From Camelus dromedarius (Eukaryota), in contig NC_087437.1 of assembly GCF_036321535.1 (NCBI RefSeq), forward strand, positions 62,312,001-62,376,000: a DNA stretch of 64,000 nt. The letters run 5' to 3'. Made by a program: the position numbers and the translations under genes. Of this stretch, positions 1-11,880 are shown one piece after another; positions within the stretch are counted from its first letter, which is position 1; the number at the start of each line of letters is the position of its first letter. The notes under the pieces are model-generated. The model worked only from the letters and a program-made list of their open reading frames with translations, did no database searches and was not told the origin of the DNA.

Positions 1-267
1 TGTTCCCCAGTGGTGCCCCAAGGATGCTCCAGTCTTTAAGCGTCAGTCTGGGACCTCTACCCGAGACAGAGCATTTCTCTGAGGACTCTGAAACTGCTGC
101 AACTTCAGCATCAGTTCATTCTTCACCCTCTGGGGCAGACTTAAGAAGAAACGGTGGAGTAATCGGGAGCCTGGGGGAGAAGAAACTCATTGAGCCATCC
201 ACAGAAAATGGATTTGGCCTCACATCTTCTGAGGTCTCAGTGGTGCTTTTGCAAAATGATTCCCTAA
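1..267 (+). CDS. HEG1: HEG1 coding exon (5'-partial, begins upstream of window), Ser/Thr-rich ectodomain
   Basis: Frame from nt 3 reads FPSGAPRMLQSLSVSLGPL...IEPSTENGFGLTS...QNDSL, resembling recalled human HEG1 (GPRTLRSLTVSLGPV...IEPSTENEFGLTS). Donor A|GTAAGT at 267/268, phase 1. Confidence 0.88.
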
Positions 268-964
268 GTAAGTCTTCGATCTTTTTTTGATTTATTATGA
301 ACATTTTTAAATTGTTGAATTTTCTCAAGTAATCACTTCAAGACCATTTGCAGTCTCTAGGAAAAAAAAAAGCCTGTGTTCTTGGGTAACACCGTCTCCT
401 TTATCTGGTATACCCCATTATCTCACTTGATTTTCCTTATGACAACACTGTGAAATTAGTCAAGCAGACATCATTCCTCCTGCTTTCTTGTAGAGAGGAA
501 ACAGGCTCAGCGAGTTTGAGCAGTGGGTGCGCGCTCACCAGCTCCTTCACGCAGCACTGAGACCCAGGCTCGGAGCTTCCGCTGCTGATGGATCTCGTCA
601 CCTGCAGTGTCACCTTCACACTGAGAGCTGGCCCGCTCTTTAACGCTAGCTTCAGCTATCTCATGTGCAGATCACCATACATAAACTATAAATATATTTA
701 CAAATATATAAAACATATACATCTATTCCCCAAATTGAGGGTTTTAGTGTACCCTTACAGTTTTTTGTTTGCTCTACTTGAAAATTTGAATAATCTTTAT
801 TAATAGTACAACCATCCTAGAAAAATGCTAGAAGGACTCTATTTGGGCACGTCGTGTTTGACGGACATAGCAACATACTCATTCCCACATACTCACCCAT
901 GTTTTGGGGGAAAGAGAATAAACCCCTCAAGCCTATAAGTTGCTCTGCTACTTTGCTCATGCAG

Positions 965-1100
965 TTTATTTTATTTTGAGAGGGAGGAGGTAATTAGGTT
1001 TATTTATTTACTTATCTACTTTAATGGAGGTGCTGGGGGTTGAACCCAGGACCTAGTGCATGCTAGGCATGCACTCTTCTACAGAGCTATTCCTTCCCCC
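965..1100 (-). mobile_element. tRNA-derived SINE (camelid Vic-1-like)
   Basis: Reverse complement reads GGGGAAGGAATAGCTCTGTAGAAGAGTGCATGCCTAGCATGCA...GGTCCTGGGTTCAACCCCCAGCACCTCCA, then an AT-rich tail. Confidence 0.8.
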
Positions 1101-1345
1101 TGCACATGGTGTTTAAAAGCTTCCGTATTCACCATCTTTTATTTTTGGCATTGTTCTCTTCCTGACACTGAAGAGTTTTGAAATAATAACTTAGAACATG
1201 AAAGTGCATGTCAGGTTACACATTTAGGAAATACTACATAAGGTCCTTGCAAAGGGAACCTTCTCTTAGGGAAGACTCGCGCCTCGGTTGTGGAGGGATC
1301 TCCCTGATGTCCACATCATGGCCTTTTCTCTCTGACACTTTTCAG

Positions 1346-1699
1346 CCTCAGGAGGACACCAGCTTGCCAGCCGCTCTGAGGCAGGGAGTAGAAGCCCTGT
1401 GTCTCAGACTGAGACTGCGCCTCGGCCAGCCCCGTCGGTCAGAGGGGGACAGAGCACGGCCCACTGGTCCTCCACCAACCGAGGGACGTTCACAGATGTG
1501 ACCAGAAGTGTTACTTCCCATCCTCAAGTTGTGAACTCTTCAGTTTGGAGCCAGTTCTCGGCCTCTGCCCCACAGTCTAGAGGAAGTGACACAGCGCTGG
1601 GTGACAGGAGTTCCTCTGAGCCGGCCACCGAGTCCTTGTCTTCATCTTCATCTTCCTCAGAAAGCCTGGACTCCTGGGCACCACGTGGGGAACGCTGGA
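1346..1699 (+). CDS. HEG1: HEG1 coding exon (mucin-like region)
   Basis: Acceptor ttttcag|, donor A|GTGAGT. Encodes (T)SGGHQLASRSE...SQTET...ALGDRS...APRGERW. 354 bp, phase 1-1. Confidence 0.92.
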
Positions 1700-1999
1700 G
1701 TGAGTCTCCACTTCACAGAGCCGCACCCCACTGAAGGGAGGGGGGCCTACCAGGCCAGGGCCTTCTGCAGCATTAATGAAACAGCTCCTGCAGGCCCCTC
1801 ATTATTCCCAGGCCTTCCTTCCAGCTGTTGATACACATATAGCAGTATATCCCCATTGTTTCTTTTATGTCTCCAAGATGCTGCTGTGGCCGCCTGCCCC
1901 TCCCACGCACAGCTCAGGGACTTCTCTGTCTGTGTCCTTCTGCTCCCTACAGCCCACCCCGCACGCCCACACCTGCCTCAATCACACAGCTTCTGGAAG

Positions 2000-2940
2000 G
2001 TGAAAATATCACCTACTGAAGTGTACAGTTCGGTGGTTCTTAGTATATTCACAAAGTTGTGCAACCGTCACTGCTATCTAATTCCAGAACATTTCCTCAC
2101 ACCAAAAAGAAACCCTGTGCTGGTCTCTTTCCATTCTCTCCTCTTCCCAGCCTCTGACAACCATGAATTTACTTTTTGTCTCTATGGACCTGCTCTTCTA
2201 GACAAGTCTTATAAATGGAATCATACAGTATGTGGCCTTCTTTTTTTTCCACTTAGTGTAGTGTTTCCAAGGTTCATCTGTGTTGTGGCACGTGGCAGTG
2301 CTTCATCCCTTTGTATGGCCAAGTAACGCTCCATTGTCTGGATGCAGCACATTTGGTTTATGCTTTTGTGGATCGCTGGATGTGTGGGTTGGCCCCACCT
2401 TTTGGCTCTTATGAACAGTACTGTTGTGAACATTCAGCTACAAGTTTTTGTATGCCCGTATGTCTTCAAATCTCTTGCAGAGAGATTTGAACTGTTTTCC
2501 GAAGTGGCTGCACCGTTTTTTATTCCCATTAGCAAATACAAGGGTTCTAGTTTCTCAGCATTTTTACCACCGCTTGTCCAGCTTTTCGGATTCTAGCCAT
2601 CCTAGTGGGTGCAAAGTGGTATGGCAAGTGGCTTTGATTTGCAGTTTTCCCAGGCTTACTAATGATGTTGAGCATCTTTTCATGTGCTCACTCACCATCT
2701 GTATATCTTCTTTGGAAAAGTCTATTTAGATCTTTTGACCACTATTTTAAATTGGGTTATTTAGCTTTCTTTCACTGAATTGTAAGAGGTAGTGTATATT
2801 CTGGATACGAGTCCTGTAGCAGATACACCATTTGCGGAGAACTTTTCTCCCATTCAGTAGGTGGTCTTTTCACTTTCTTGATGTTACCATCTGCATCACA
2901 AAATTTTCTAATTTTGATGAAGTCCAATTTATCAATTTGA
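2000..2940 (-). mobile_element. Old L1 (L1MB-type) 3' end, antisense
   Basis: Typical L1MB 3'UTR/ORF2 text (aagtgtacagttc...tattcacaaagttgtgcaacc; ctaatgatgttgagcatcttttcatgtgc). Confidence 0.8.
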
Positions 2941-4768
2941 GAAAGATTTTCCTTCGATGTTCCTTTTTAATAATGTTTTTGGGTAGTTTTAAAAGATAAT
3001 TCTCAGCAGCCTTAGCAATGTAAATTGTATGCTGACCGAAGCAAAAATGCAGTAACTTATCATTTAAGCATATAATAGGTTTAAATTCTTATCTCTCCAC
3101 CACTAATGTCAGAAGCTCTGTCTCCCCCATAGGAGCATCCTGACTGATGAGGAAAATCAGCACTTATTACTACTGATGTGACGTGGAAAAGCATATGCTG
3201 CGTCATGAAAGAATACCACACATATGGGTGGAGGGTGTTTATGCCTGGAAAGCACGTTAGCTGTCTTCTAGACAAAAGGAACCCTCTTCCACCCTACCAC
3301 TTTGGGGTTCAGAATTTTTACCTTCTCAGATCAGAAGCATAGGTTCGAAGGCTCTCCTTCTGTCTCTTCAGTACTCTTCACTCTGCAGTCAGTGTGCAGT
3401 GGGGTTGTGTGGAAAATGTGGTCTCAGTGTGAGTGGACCTTGGAGTTCAGTTATGAAGCACTAAATAAGGAATAGCCTCATTCCTGAAACCATCTCACTC
3501 TGGGTTAACATAATGCTTTCTCACTTCTCCTTGGAATCTCTCTAAGCTGACTGACTCTGCCATCCAGCTTTTCAGAGTTCTTGGTTCATTCGTTTTTCCG
3601 GGTTCAGGTGCAGCCTCTCTGTTTCAGGTCATGACTCTGTGAAGTCTGTCAGCCTAACAGGGTTATTGGCCTAAGTTTTGTATAACGGAGCCTGTCCTCT
3701 CTGCCAGGGAAGTTGTGCTCAGGGGTGCTTGACTCTCCAGCCTCTCCTGGCGGACTTTCCATGGGTTTTCAGCCTGGGTCAGATCACATCCTGACTGGGT
3801 GCTGGCTCTCTCAGTGCTGCGCAGGTCACTGTGTCCCTGTCCCCATGCTCATTCCTGCCTGTCCATCAGTGCAAACCTACCATGAAGTGAACTTACCTCT
3901 CACTCAGCTTTACATCCATTTTCCAGAAACATAGGTCCATGGGGTATCAAGGACTAGTCTGGTCTGGGAATAGGAATAAGAATTAGGAAAGAGCCTGTTT
4001 TTCTCATTAGAGCCAGATTATGACGTATTTAGGCCAAGGATAATTGGACTGCATTTCCATCATTTCTGAAAAGGATGGTTTGTTTGATAATTTAATAGAC
4101 TAACCTAAGATTCTTTAAGTTTATAGCATAAAACATACCCAAGGAAGGAGGAGAAGGGTATTTATTCATGTGTCACCTGTTCCATCCCCACCAAGGAAAT
4201 AAAACAAATACATTAAAAAAACAAAATGAAACAAAAGCCAAGCCCACCTGTAACCTCCGAACACAATGCCATTTTTCACTGCTATGCTCAGGCAAAGGCC
4301 TCCACGGTAGAATGACAGGCCCTGTGTCAGGTCCTGGTTCGCTGGTCCCACCAGGAGGTAAAGCCTACGGGGGGATACCGGCCTCCCTCCCAGGGACTTG
4401 TCAGGTCTAAAGCCCCACCCAGCAGGGTTGTCAGTCTATTGCCCACTGTTCACCTCCCCCGCTGCCACCTCGTTTCCCTGACATAAACTCTATTTATTAT
4501 GTATCACAGAGCAGAAATACAGTATTGATCCCGTTCTCTGAAGTTAGAAGCCTTTGCATAAATCCAGGCCACCTGGGCAGATATGCTGATCCCGCAGTGC
4601 CTCCCGAGCTTTCAGTCACTGATGCATCTGCAGGGGCGGCACACATTTTGGTTTTTCACCTTGTCAGTTTCAGATAGACCCTGAGCAAGAGTGGGGACAC
4701 TTTCTGGCTAACCCAGCCCAACTCTACCCCTGCACTGACCGGCCTTCCCCTTCTCAATCCTCTTGCAG

Positions 4769-5242
4769 CCACTGAGGACAGTCCCGAGCTGGCAGTCAGG
4801 CCCGAAGCAGAGGATTGGACTTCGAAGGGGGCGTCCGAAGCCCACGCTCACAGCCCGCACACTTGGGCCACTCTCACTGGAGTCGGAGAGCGCACGCTGC
4901 GATCTGTCACCAACCGGAGCACGGCTTCTGGGCATGTGTGGCGCTGGGCGGCGGAGACCACGCCCAGGGAGACGACCACGCCCAGGGAGACCACGCCCAG
5001 GGAGACGACCTCGCCCAGGGAGACCTCACCCAGACAGACCACGCCCAGGGAGACCACGCCCAGGGAGACGACCTCGCCCAGGGAGACGACCTCGTCCAGG
5101 GAGACCACGCCCATGGAGACCACGCCCAGGGAGACTACCTCGCCCAGGGAGACGGAGAGCGCCACTCAGCCCGGAAACGTGACCGCGACCGGTGACGGCC
5201 ACCTAGCCTCTGGGTCTCTGGCGGCCTCGCGTGCCCTCGGAG
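4769..5242 (+). CDS. HEG1: HEG1 symmetric cassette exon containing a coding tandem repeat
   Basis: Acceptor ctcttgcag|, donor G|GTGACG. 474 bp, phase 1-1, open frame (T)TEDSPEL...HTWATLTGVGERTLRSVTN...[ETTPR]n...LASGSLAASRALG. Resembles the recalled extra exon of the long human isoform (GERTLRSVT...SLAASSALG). Confidence 0.85.
4954..5148 (+). repeat. Coding minisatellite, 12 units of 15/18 bp (GAGACCACGCCCAGG / GAGACGACCTCGCCCAGG)
   Basis: Read directly: 7 x 15 bp + 5 x 18 bp = 195 bp, all multiples of 3. Confidence 0.97.
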
Positions 5243-5927
5243 GTGACGGGCAGGATCTCTGTCTGCATTCCCTCAGCTCATGTGTCTGTTTGCTTGCAGC
5301 CCCAGAATGATTTGCGTTCTCCCTCAGCCCAGAAAGTCGTAAGCCTTCCAAGCTGTCTGTGAGGAGAGCTTTCTGGGCTCCCCCACCGCCCCCGCACATC
5401 CTCCCACACACTTGCCCCAGGCGTTTGCGGTGTTGTCTGCCAGGATGCTGGCAGTGAAGGGGCCCAGCCACGTTGTGGCTAAGGCCAATCTCCTGGGAAA
5501 GAAATATCTCATTATCCAGAATGGAAAGTTGGGAGGGTTTTCCTTTTTCCATTTAGGCATAACAATTGTTCTATTTGAGGTCTTAAGAGCTTTTCAGATA
5601 CTAATTTGCTTTTATCAAAAAAGGCATGCGAAAGGAATTTGGTCCTGTTCCTTATTTTTCAGCCCCTGGCCCCACTTTGCTTTTATTACCGTTTGCATTG
5701 CTGCCTCTGTGCTTCTCACAGGAGGGCAGGTCTACTCACTGTAGACCCAGACCCTTCCTGTCTTCCAATACTGTCTCTATTAAGCGTGCTCACTTTTGAA
5801 AGCCACCTCTCCAAAGAAAGCATTTCACCCCCAAGCGTTCATGGATAGGAGACTAAAAGTCTGTCTCATAGTGCAGGTTTGGCAGGTATTTGTTTAGTTG
5901 ACCTAACTTTAGGTTTTCCCTTTGCAG

Positions 5928-7283
5928 TCACTGGAATTGGCTACGATCAGGTGGGAGGCACAGATGTTGAACACAGGACTTCCAGCGACCACACTGACCA
6001 CACCGACCACACCTATGTTTCAGCTACATTCACCAAAGGAGAACGGACGCTATTGTCCATTGCAGACAACAGCTCATCCTCTGACCTGAGGGAGAGTTCG
6101 ACCTTTGCTGTTAAGATCTCAAACTCTTCACATTTAGATTCTTCTTCCTCTTCTCAGGCTCAGACTGAAAGAAGTCACGTCTCATCCCACGAAGGGGAAT
6201 CTGCTCAGCCTTCCACTGAGTCACTGGTTCTGCGCACAACCAACCTTCTGTCCTACACAGCCACTGTTAGTGAACCACGGAACACGCTGGTTCCTCTGGA
6301 CGCTTATGCTAAACCTGACCCATCACCCTCTTCGTCAGGGCTGCCTGGACTCCAGCCCTCCGTGTCACAGTCCTACCACGCATTCCCATCAGCCTTGACA
6401 GCAGCCAGGGCCTCCTCTCATCCACAGCAGTCCACACCTGATGCGCCCACACGTGTGTCTTCCTTACCAGCCTCTTCACCAGTATCCCTGACAGCATCCA
6501 CCCCTTCTTCGCCGTCTGTCTCACAAACAGTCCTTCCACCTACATCTTCTACCCTGGTCCTGCCTAGGGCCAGGGATGCTCCTGTGACTTCAGTTCAGAT
6601 GTCGACAGTGGCATCGTCCATGGAAGTGCTCCCCAGTAGTCAAACAGCAGAGCCTAAGAACCAGAGCAGCCCATACCTCGAGAAAATCATTACGGAATCA
6701 AAGCCACCACACCTGGAGGCTCTGCCCATGGAGGCCACGGAAGCTGTCACAGTGAGGTCTACTCTGGGGCTCCCCTTGGCCCCGGCCTTAACAGAGGCCT
6801 CCAATGAACAAACCCTTCCAGCCACAAGCACCAGTTTAGCCCAAACGTCTCCAGCTGTGGCAGCCACCACTCTCCAGGCCTCTCATCCCCCAGTGCCCAG
6901 CCCCAGCCCCACATCAAGCACAGCAGCTCAGATGGGTGGCCACACAGCAGTACAGACGGTGGTTGGAAAACAGTTCCTACCAACCAGTCCCGAAATTCTT
7001 GTGGTACAAGTCTCAACTGAAGGTGCTGTCACCACAGAGAGGAGCCAGGTTCTCATAGATGCTACCACCAGATCAGTCCCCGTAACCATCGCCCCCACAT
7101 CAGCAAAAGAATTGACCACAGAGCTTGGCCTTACAGAAGAGTATAGCCCAGCTTCATATTTCCTGAGAACATCTCCCCAGACCACACACGTTTCTACGGT
7201 AGAAGTGGTGACTCCTAAGTTGACCACCTCCGCCACTCAGAGCCACACCCAGTCACCCGCAGGACCGCCATCTCCAGCCTCAG
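5928..7283 (+). CDS. HEG1: HEG1 large mucin (Ser/Thr/Pro-rich) exon
   Basis: Acceptor ccctttgcag|, donor G|GTAGAA. 1356 bp open frame inside ORF 5879..7366, with RTSSDHTDHT, TFTKGERTLLSI and VLPRARD. Confidence 0.95.
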
Positions 7284-9356
7284 GTAGAACAGGTCACACA
7301 AGCACACAGTTGCTCTGGGCTTGGGTTCACACTGACGTGTGGTGGTGGCTTGTATCTGTTTTGTGAGCTTAAATGCTTTCGGTTGAAGCACTTAAAACAG
7401 AAAAGAATCTCATAGTGGCAGTTTTCTCACCCCTAAGTAACATAATGCTTCCTGAAGGAAGAGGAAAAAATGCCGCCTGCCATGTGTACTGTAGCTTGTG
7501 ATGTCCCCGTCACTGCAAGAACTTTTCGGGCATGCCTTTATCGCTAACAAGGCCAAGTGGGGTAGTGATGTGGGATTGAAGGGTGGAAAAACTGGAGTCA
7601 AGAATCTCAAGGTGGCCTGAAACAGAGAGAGAGTAGGTGCCTGCTCCCAGGTCAGAGCCCGGAGCCGCTGAGTTAGTCAGCCGGCTCCCCGGGCACCAGG
7701 GAAACTTACCTTGATCCAGGGAAGCCCAGGCTCCTTGGCCTCCCTAAGATTATGATGCTGGCTGGTAAATGCAGGTAAGGGAAGGTGTTCCATGAGAGAA
7801 CGATGAACTGACCTTTTCCCATAGTGACCATGTGACCAGGGCTCTTGACCTTGCACGTGAGGTTACACATCTTTATATGCATGTTGAAGTTGCTGGGACA
7901 AGGGAAATAAAGCCCTCCACGTGCTTCTTTATCACTTAAGAAAAGGGAGAAGGAAATAGTATGTTGTCTTCTTTGATGTCATGGTCAAAACTGTACATTT
8001 GGCTTGTCCAGACCCAGGAAAGGAAAACTGGTATTGGCAAAGGGGTGACAGGGAGACTGAAGGAAAGAGGGAAAAAGAGATACTTTGTAGTGGCTGGAGC
8101 GGGGAGCTCAGTTGGAGGCAGAGTTCCAATTAGGCAGCCATCACCCGTCTGGGGGCTGGAGAGCCATAGACCAGGCCCACAGCATCCCTGCAGAGCCCTG
8201 ATGCATCAGTGCCCTCTGGGTGCGAGTGGTCTGAGCACTGCCGGGAAATGGGAGGCAACTTCTGGCAAATTTGGGGTCCCAGCTTCAGGACTCACAGCCT
8301 TCATATCCAGAAGGCAAATACATTCCAATACCTGGTGGAATATAATTCACAAGTCTCCGTTAAAGCCGATTATAGCCATTGCAGTGGTAGCTATAGGCGA
8401 GTATTAGGAGCATCCTTACTGGAGGTGTTAAGTCTTTTGTGACTGTCTGTGGGTGCAGCGTTGGGATATATAGGTGCTATGCTTACACAGGTGACCTTAG
8501 GTATATTTAAGTAGTGATGAAGGACAGGGACACCATTCAAATTTAGCCCATTTGTCTTCAGGGTTCCTCTTTTGGAGTTAGGACTCTTGACTTACACCTT
8601 CTTTTTCTCATTCTGCCACTGATTTTTCTCCTTGGAGATGATTTTTTTTAATGTTGTGGGTTTTGGCTTTTCTAAGTGTGAGTCAGAAACCTTTATTAGG
8701 CAGGTATTATAATAACCACAGCATGATAATGCCGGTTATACAGACCAAAACAGGGAGTTGCAGTCACTGCCCCTGGGAGCCAGGAGTCCAGGGTGACAGT
8801 GGAGCCTGTGCATAGTTAGGGCCGGGATGATCAGATGGGCTCATTGTCACACCGCTAAAGAGGGGGCTTCGAAGTGCTACCTCCAGTCATTGTTCTGAAT
8901 GACTGCACGGTATATGGAGGTCCAGTTACATTTTGAGATTTGGAAAGAAGAAAACTTGGAGCAGGGAGGATAGTTGATCACGAACCACTTCCCCCTTAAT
9001 GTGTGTCTTAAATTCATACTGATTCAAGTAGAATTTGTTACATATCACAAGGCAATGTAATCCTCATTCCCGAGCTGAGGGACCTATAAGGATCTGGATT
9101 TGAACCAGTTCTTGTGTTCGGAGATCCAACTGTCTAACACGTGTGTGTGTGTACACAAGCCAGTGCCGTATCCAGTCCCAATGCATCTCTTCTGCACCTC
9201 TAGAGACCTATTCTATTTTAGTAGTGTGGCCTTTCAGGGCAAGTAAACAGAAATAAGCAAGAATCAAATATTAGCTGGAAGGATTAAATATTTGCCTAGA
9301 GCTGCCTTTCCCTTTCCTGTATAATTAACTGCTTTATTCCTGAAATGTGTTTTCAG

Positions 9357-9473
9357 TTAACAGCTGTGCCACTAACCCTTGTCTTCACGATGGGAAATGC
9401 ATCATGGACTCCACCAGCCGTGGGTACCGATGTCTGTGCTCACCTTCCTGGCAAGGGGATGACTGCAGTGTGG
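9357..9473 (+). CDS. HEG1: HEG1 exon, EGF-like domain 1
   Basis: tttcag| (V)NSCATNPCLHDGKC...YRCLCSPSWQGDDCSV, then G|GTAAGA. Six-Cys EGF pattern. Confidence 0.97.
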
Positions 9474-10110
9474 GTAAGAGGAAACGTAACCTGCCATGGT
9501 CTACAGTACAGTATCACATTGAGATGGGCGGTAAACTCCTTCTTCCTCCAAAATGTAGGGAGTAAGATCTTTAATACCCTGCTCACTTGGAAGTTAGAAT
9601 GCGTACATGCTGTCTGCAGAGTAATGTCAGACTGTGACATTGACAGGCCTTCAAGACCTGGCTCCCTTCTGTGGGTCCCCTACACTCTGGCCACACGAGA
9701 CCACTTGGCCATCCCCAAAACCCACCGCCTCCTTACCCACCCCCTTTCCTGCTCCTGGCCTTCACTGTGCTGGTGCCTCAGCCTAGAATCTTCCCCACCC
9801 ACATCTGCTATTAAAATCCCTCCGGTCTTAGTCCAGATGTTATTTGAAACAGTACTTAATTCTCCCTTCCATCCAAATCGCTGCTTTCTCTGTGCTTTCA
9901 AATCTTGCCCTGTATTTGTAGTTACCTGTATCCTTGCCTGCCCCCATCCTCAGTAGACTGGTAGTTTCTTGAGAACAAGGGTCATGTCCACTAGTCTCGG
10001 GGCCCTACCAACCCTGGTGCCATTTGGCCCTTAGCAAGTGCCCCTTTTACTAAATTATGGCTTTGCCATCTGCTGCCGATTCAGCGTGGCCTTGTGTTCT
10101 CTCCTTGCAG

Positions 10111-10230
10111 ACGTGAATGAGTGCCTCTCGAACCCCTGCCCACCCCTGGCCGTGTGCAACAATACTCAGGGATCCTTCACCTGCAGATGCCCAGTAGGGT
10201 ATCAGCTGGAAAAAGGGATATGCAATTTGG
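10111..10230 (+). CDS. HEG1: HEG1 exon, calcium-binding EGF domain 2
   Basis: ccttgcag| (D)VNECLSNPC...[25 protein letters not shown], then G|GTAAGA. DVNEC and CxNxxxxFxC motifs. Confidence 0.97.
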
Positions 10231-10609
10231 GTAAGAGAATTCATCTATCTTGGAATTTTGTCTGTGTCACAATGTATTTTGCAAAATAACATTTACTGGT
10301 TTTCTCTTTAATCAAAATCAATATTTGTCCAAGGTGTAAATTTAAGGAATACAGAAGGAGTAAAAGACGCTGCCTATTATTCTACCACTCAGAGATATAG
10401 CACCTTATTTGCAATCTTTTTTAGTGTATTTTTCATATAGTGGAAGTCATGTGGTATTTGTACAAACTCTATATCTTAAACATTTTCTCAGGTTATTAAA
10501 AATACTATACAAACTGTGTAGTGACTGCATAAATATACCATCATTTACGCATAACATTATTTGTTCAACCATCCCATCCCACAGGAAGAAAAAATATTAA
10601 AAGGATATT

Positions 10610-10757
10610 ATTATTTTTTTTATTTAATTATATTATTTTTTGAGGAGGTAGTTAGGTTTGCTTATTTATTTATTTTTTAGAGGAGGTACTGGAGATTGAA
10701 CCCAGGACACATGCAGCTAAGCATGCGCTCTGCCGCTTGAGCTGTACCTTCCCCCTT
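10610..10757 (-). mobile_element. tRNA-derived SINE (Vic-1-like)
   Basis: Same family as 965-1100: ggaggtactggagattgaacccaggac...aagcatgcgctctgccgcttgagctgtaccttcccc. Confidence 0.8.
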
Positions 10758-11487
10758 CAAAAGGATGTTCTAACCAATGAGTTAAAAAAAAACATTTTAG
10801 AGAGAGAAAAAAGAAAATAAAAACCCTGATTATCCTATCACATTCACACACTGTTTTTATTTTTAAAAATGATCTTCAATAAAACCAGAAGGAAAAACAG
10901 TCTTCATGTTCTTGTCCACAGGCTGATACATTTTTACAAAGCTCTTGCCATCATTGTACCGTGCAGTTTGTTATGTTTTGTTCCCTGATTTAATAGATTC
11001 ATGAAGCTGGTTGGTTTTAGATATAATCTCCATTTTACAGGTTGAAAAGCAAAAAGCAAACCAAATGAAAACCAAGGCTTTGACAGGGTGCTCAATGGCC
11101 CAGCTTATACAGCTGCTTGGCGAGAGGCCAGGTTTGCGGCCCGCCGTTTCTCCATCACATAGTGACGTGTTCTTCAGAGGAGCTTTCTAGCACACAGGGT
11201 ATATTCCCTGTGCCTGGTGTGTCAAGGTGCTGAGTTCAGTGCAGAACTTGAGGAAGAAATTAGAAATGAGGAATGCAGAGTTATCTAAGCTGGTTAAGGG
11301 AGCTGGTGGGTACAGTAACTCAATTTGGAATCACCTAAAATTGCCCAGTGTGATACTTAACACAGAAAAAGTGCTTGGTGAATATTTTTTTGAAAGAACT
11401 AGTGTCTGTGTCCTTTGCAAGTGTTATTTGCATGACTCCCTATTGCCCATAGGCTGAGGGGAATCATCAGAATTTTTAAGAAGCTGG

Positions 11488-11880
11488 TGTCAAATGACAA
11501 AACTAACTAAAGCAATTTGGTAATGAGTCTGATGTCCTTTATTCAAGGGAAAACACTCCATGGGCCAGGGGAGTACAACTCTCACAACCAGTGGAGCCCT
11601 CTCCCTGAGCACCTTTGGGCAAGAGCAAGTTTTATAGAGTGGAGAGGCAGCAACGCAGGAACAGGGCATGATTAGCTGGGGTTGCATCTCGGACCTTGTT
11701 TAGAAAGATGGAGGAACAGGAGAGAGGTATAAAGCCCAGAGCTGGCTTCGCTGCTGGGGATTGGCTGACCAAGTGGAGCATCTACAGGACCGTGAGGGTT
11801 CAGTTGGCTTTCAGGACACCCCAGGCAGGACGGTGCCATCTGGGGCCTAGAGATGTATTTCTACGGTTGGTACCCTAGCA
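11488..11880 (-). mobile_element. Probable ERV solo LTR, antisense
   Basis: TG start, minus-strand AATAAA (tttatt) and TATAAAA (ttttata) in LTR order, and a CA end. TSD not clear. Confidence 0.45.

Noticed and set aside
9..11. Apparent splice acceptor (ccccag|) at the window start
   Set aside because: The upstream bases continue the HEG1-like frame (V-F-P-S-G), so the exon probably starts before the window.
4954..5148. CRISPR-like appearance of the repeat array
   Set aside because: Direct tandem units without unique spacers, inside a eukaryotic exon.
4763..5195. Overlapping ORFs in other frames and strands (RPRPGR, GDHAQ, VVSLG repeats)
   Set aside because: By-products of a stop-free GC-rich minisatellite with unit lengths divisible by 3. 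Only the ETTPR frame fits the splice phases and HEG1 homology.
7961..8407. 148-aa intronic ORF with a hydrophobic end (WWNII...IIAIAVVAIG), superficially env-like
   Set aside because: No recognisable retroviral motifs or flanking LTRs. Likely chance.
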